Shown: positions 37,654 to 39,978 of the stretch, in pieces
Layout of the letters: every line of letters begins with the position of its first letter
Numbering within the stretch: the first letter of the stretch is position 1
Assembly: GCA_021847065.1 (NCBI GenBank)
Contig: JAJZVR010000003.1
Location: forward strand, 1-39,978
Origin: Planctomycetota bacterium
GTDB lineage: Bacteria; Planctomycetota; Phycisphaerae; WQYP01
Reading direction: 5' to 3'
DNA length: 39,978 bases
Notes under the pieces: generated by a model
What the model was told of the DNA's origin: nothing
The model's database searches: none
Seen by the model: the letters and a program-made list of their open reading frames with translations, nothing else
Made by a program: the position numbers and the translations under genes

Positions 37654-39246
37654 TTACGCATCCAGTGGCGACGCTTGGCCGACGGTTCGCTGGTTCATCG
37701 TGCGGATGCGGTTGATGGCCGCCAAGTAGGCTTTAGCGGAGGCTTCCAGAATATCGGTACTGAACCCTCGCCCGCGCACTTTGCGATCACTGTGTGTGAG
37801 TTCCACAGAGACCTCGCCTTGCGCTTCGCGCCCGCCGGTGATGCTGCGCACCTGAAATGAATCCAGACGCGCGCTAATCTTGGTCAATCGCTGGATGGTG
37901 GCAAACATGGCATCCACGGGGCCATCCCCCGTGGCGGCGTCGGTGATTTCCGCGCCGCTGCTATCCACCAACGTGACTGTAGCGGTCGCCACGCCATAGG
38001 TACCAGCCATTACCTGTAAACTTTTGAGCTGGAATAATTCGCGTTCGGTTTTCAATTGTTCATCAACCAGTGCTTCCAAGTCTTCATCGTAAATTTCTTT
38101 TTTCTTGTCGCAAAGCACCTTAAAGGCCGCAAACGCCCGATCCAATGCCGCTTCATCCAAGCGGTGGCCCAATTCTTCCAATCGCTGCCGAAACGCGTGG
38201 CGGCCACTGTGTTTCCCCAATACCAGTTTGTTCTGCACCCAGCCGACATCGGCTGGCGCCATAATCTCATACGTGCTGCGTTCTTTCAGGATGCCATCCT
38301 GATGAATTCCAGCTTCGTGCGCAAAAGCATTCTCGCCCACAATTGCTTTATTGCGCTGCACATGCAGCCCGGTCAAGCTGCTGACCAACCGTGAGCAGGG
38401 TACCAATCGCCGCGTGTTAATGCGCGTCGTGAACGGATATTGATCAGGGCGCGTGCGCATGGCCATAACGACTTCTTCCAACGCCGCATTACCGGCCCGT
38501 TCCCCAATGCCGTTTATGGTGCATTCAATTTGCCGCGCTCCGCCGGCCACCGCCGAGAGTGAATTCGCCACCGCCAATCCTAAATCATTGTGGCAGTGTG
38601 AACTGAAAATAACATTTTTCGCACCTGGTACATGGGCGATGAGATATTCAAACATCGCCCGATATTCACCGGGAGTTGCGTTGCCCACGGTATCCGGGCA
38701 ATTGATGGTCGTTGCGCCGGCTTCAATGGCGGCGTGAACCACTTCGGCGAGATAGTCCAATTCCGTGCGACTGGCATCTTCCGGGGAAAATTCCACATCG
38801 GAAACGTATTCTCGGGCCAACTTCACGTTCTCGATGGTCAGGCGGATAATTTCCTCTTTAGCCTTCTTGAGTTTGAATTCACGGTGAATTTTGCTGGTCG
38901 CAAGGAAAATATGAATCCTGCCCCGGGCCGCCTTGCGCACAGCTTCGCCGGCGCGGCGTACGTCGCGCTCGGTACACCGCGCGAGTCCCGCAACTGTGGC
39001 ATTCGTGATTTCTGAAGCTACAGCGCTTACGGCATCGAAATCTCCGGGACTGGTAATCGGGAAACCCGCCTCAATGATATCGACGCCCAATTGCTCCAGC
39101 GCATGGGCGATTTCCAGCTTCTCCGGCAAGTTTAATGATGCTCCGGGCGACTGTTCGCCATCGCGCAAGGTTGTGTCAAATATCAGCACCTGCGGTCTGG
39201 AATCGGTGCTGCTGGTTTCAGATGGATGAATACTGCCGGTGTCCAT
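37654..39246 (-). CDS. leuA: 2-isopropylmalate synthase
   Basis: DTTLRDGEQ, HCHNDLG, GIGERAGN, HEAGIHQDG, GKHSG, regulatory domain GxGPVDA; GAGGAG RBS. Confidence 0.96.
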   Translation of the reverse strand: MDTGSIHPSETSSTDSRPQVLIFDTTLRDGEQSPGASLNLPEKLEIAHALEQLGVDIIEAGFPITSPGDFDAVSAVASEITNATVAGLARCTERDVRRAGEAVRKAARGRIHIFLATSKIHREFKLKKAKEEIIRLTIENVKLAREYVSDVEFSPEDASRTELDYLAEVVHAAIEAGATTINCPDTVGNATPGEYRAMFEYLIAHVPGAKNVIFSSHCHNDLGLAVANSLSAVAGGARQIECTINGIGERAGNAALEEVVMAMRTRPDQYPFTTRINTRRLVPCSRLVSSLTGLHVQRNKAIVGENAFAHEAGIHQDGILKERSTYEIMAPADVGWVQNKLVLGKHSGRHAFRQRLEELGHRLDEAALDRAFAAFKVLCDKKKEIYDEDLEALVDEQLKTERELFQLKSLQVMAGTYGVATATVTLVDSSGAEITDAATGDGPVDAMFATIQRLTKISARLDSFQVRSITGGREAQGEVSVELTHSDRKVRGRGFSTDILEASAKAYLAAINRIRTMNQRTVGQASPLDA

Positions 39247-39284
39247 GGATAATACTCCTCAAAAACGTACCATGATTATGCCAT

Positions 39285-39318
39285 AAAAAAACCCCGCGAG
39301 GGTCACTCGCAGGGTTTT
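39285..39318 (-). terminator. Attenuator terminator upstream of leuA
   Basis: AAAACCCTGCGAG-TGACC-CTCGCGGGGTTTTTTT on the minus strand. Confidence 0.85.
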
Positions 39319-39344
39319 CAAAATTCTTTTATAACAAAACAACC

Positions 39345-39410
39345 CTAAGAGCGACCAGTATTTCCCTCACTTAGTGCCAGTGCCAGCAGGTTGTTCAAAT
39401 TCAAAATCAT
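39345..39410 (-). CDS. Leucine leader peptide
   Basis: MILNLNNLLALALSEGNTGRS*; 6 Leu within residues 3-13, including a CTA codon; lies between the promoter and terminator of leuA. Confidence 0.8.
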   Translation of the reverse strand: MILNLNNLLALALSEGNTGRS

Positions 39411-39445
39411 CAGAAAAATCTTTCAAACTTTCCAATACATGTACT

Positions 39446-39474
39446 TTTATAGCCCGGGCCGGAATCAAAGTCAA
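39446..39474 (-). promoter_or_regulatory. sigma70 promoter of the leu leader
   Basis: TTGACT-17 bp-TATAAA. Confidence 0.7.
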
Positions 39475-39477
39475 CTC

Positions 39478-39978
39478 TCACTGTCGCAACCATTCAACAA
39501 TTTCCGACGCATAATAGGTAATAATAAACGCGGCTCCGGCCCGCCGAAACGCATGCATCATTTCCAGAACACATTGTTTTTCATCTATCCAACCCGCGTG
39601 CGCGGCCGCCTTAAACATGGCGTATTCCCCGCTTACCTGATATACCGCACATGGCACATCAACGGCCTGTGAGACCGCGGAAAGAATATCCAGATACGCC
39701 ATCCCCGGTTTCACCATGACCATATCTGCGCCTTCACGGACATCCAGCAGGGCTTCTCGCACCGCTTCGCGTGAATCCCGGCGAAAATCCATCTGGTACC
39801 CGCGACGATCGCCAAATTGGGGCGGAGATTCAGCCGCCTCGCGAAACGGCCCGTAAAAACCACTGGCATATTTTACGGCGTAACTGAGTATTGAAGTATC
39901 CTGATGGCCTGCGGAATCAAGCGCTGCGCGAATAGCCGCCACCGCATGATCCATCATGCCGGATGGTGCCACCATATC
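39478..39978 (-). CDS. hemB: Porphobilinogen synthase, 5' part outside the window
   Basis: [36 protein letters not shown]. Confidence 0.95.
   Translation of the reverse strand, partial: DMVAPSGMMDHAVAAIRAALDSAGHQDTSILSYAVKYASGFYGPFREAAESPPQFGDRRGYQMDFRRDSREAVREALLDVREGADMVMVKPGMAYLDILSAVSQAVDVPCAVYQVSGEYAMFKAAAHAGWIDEKQCVLEMMHAFRRAGAAFIITYYASEIVEWLRQ

Noticed and set aside
154-39672. Many short overlapping or antisense ORFs in the track
   Set aside because: Shadow frames of well-supported genes in GC-rich DNA.

Overview
Bacterial chromosome segment, probably from a planctomycete (Phycisphaerae-like; inferred from gene content, not proven). Bases 1-~10,000 are the end of an accessory island of mostly minus-strand cargo genes: DUF5677-like, membrane Mrr nuclease with a SWIM finger, Zn-finger/HEPN, ankyrin+Sel1 and J-domain proteins, interleaved with toxin-antitoxin and other gene fragments and a duplicated ~100-bp promoter-like module. 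The island ends at an att-like junction (12-bp tandem repeats plus a tRNA-Asn-like 3' fragment, 9900-10000); no integrase is in the window. From 10,785 the window is core genome: lysS, lolC/E, lolD, tatC, pyrF, murD, a kdsD-kdsC-giant LptC/A-like operon, a DegT aminotransferase, a cluster of IS remnants (24.9-26.8 kb) with a perfect 25-bp palindrome, a GH3 beta-glucosidase, a CPA2 antiporter, PMM/PGM, dacB, an amidohydrolase, YkgJ, AhpD/CMD, leuA with a complete leader-peptide attenuator, and a partial hemB. No intact tRNA, rRNA or CRISPR array was seen. All family calls come from reading motifs by eye, not from database searches.
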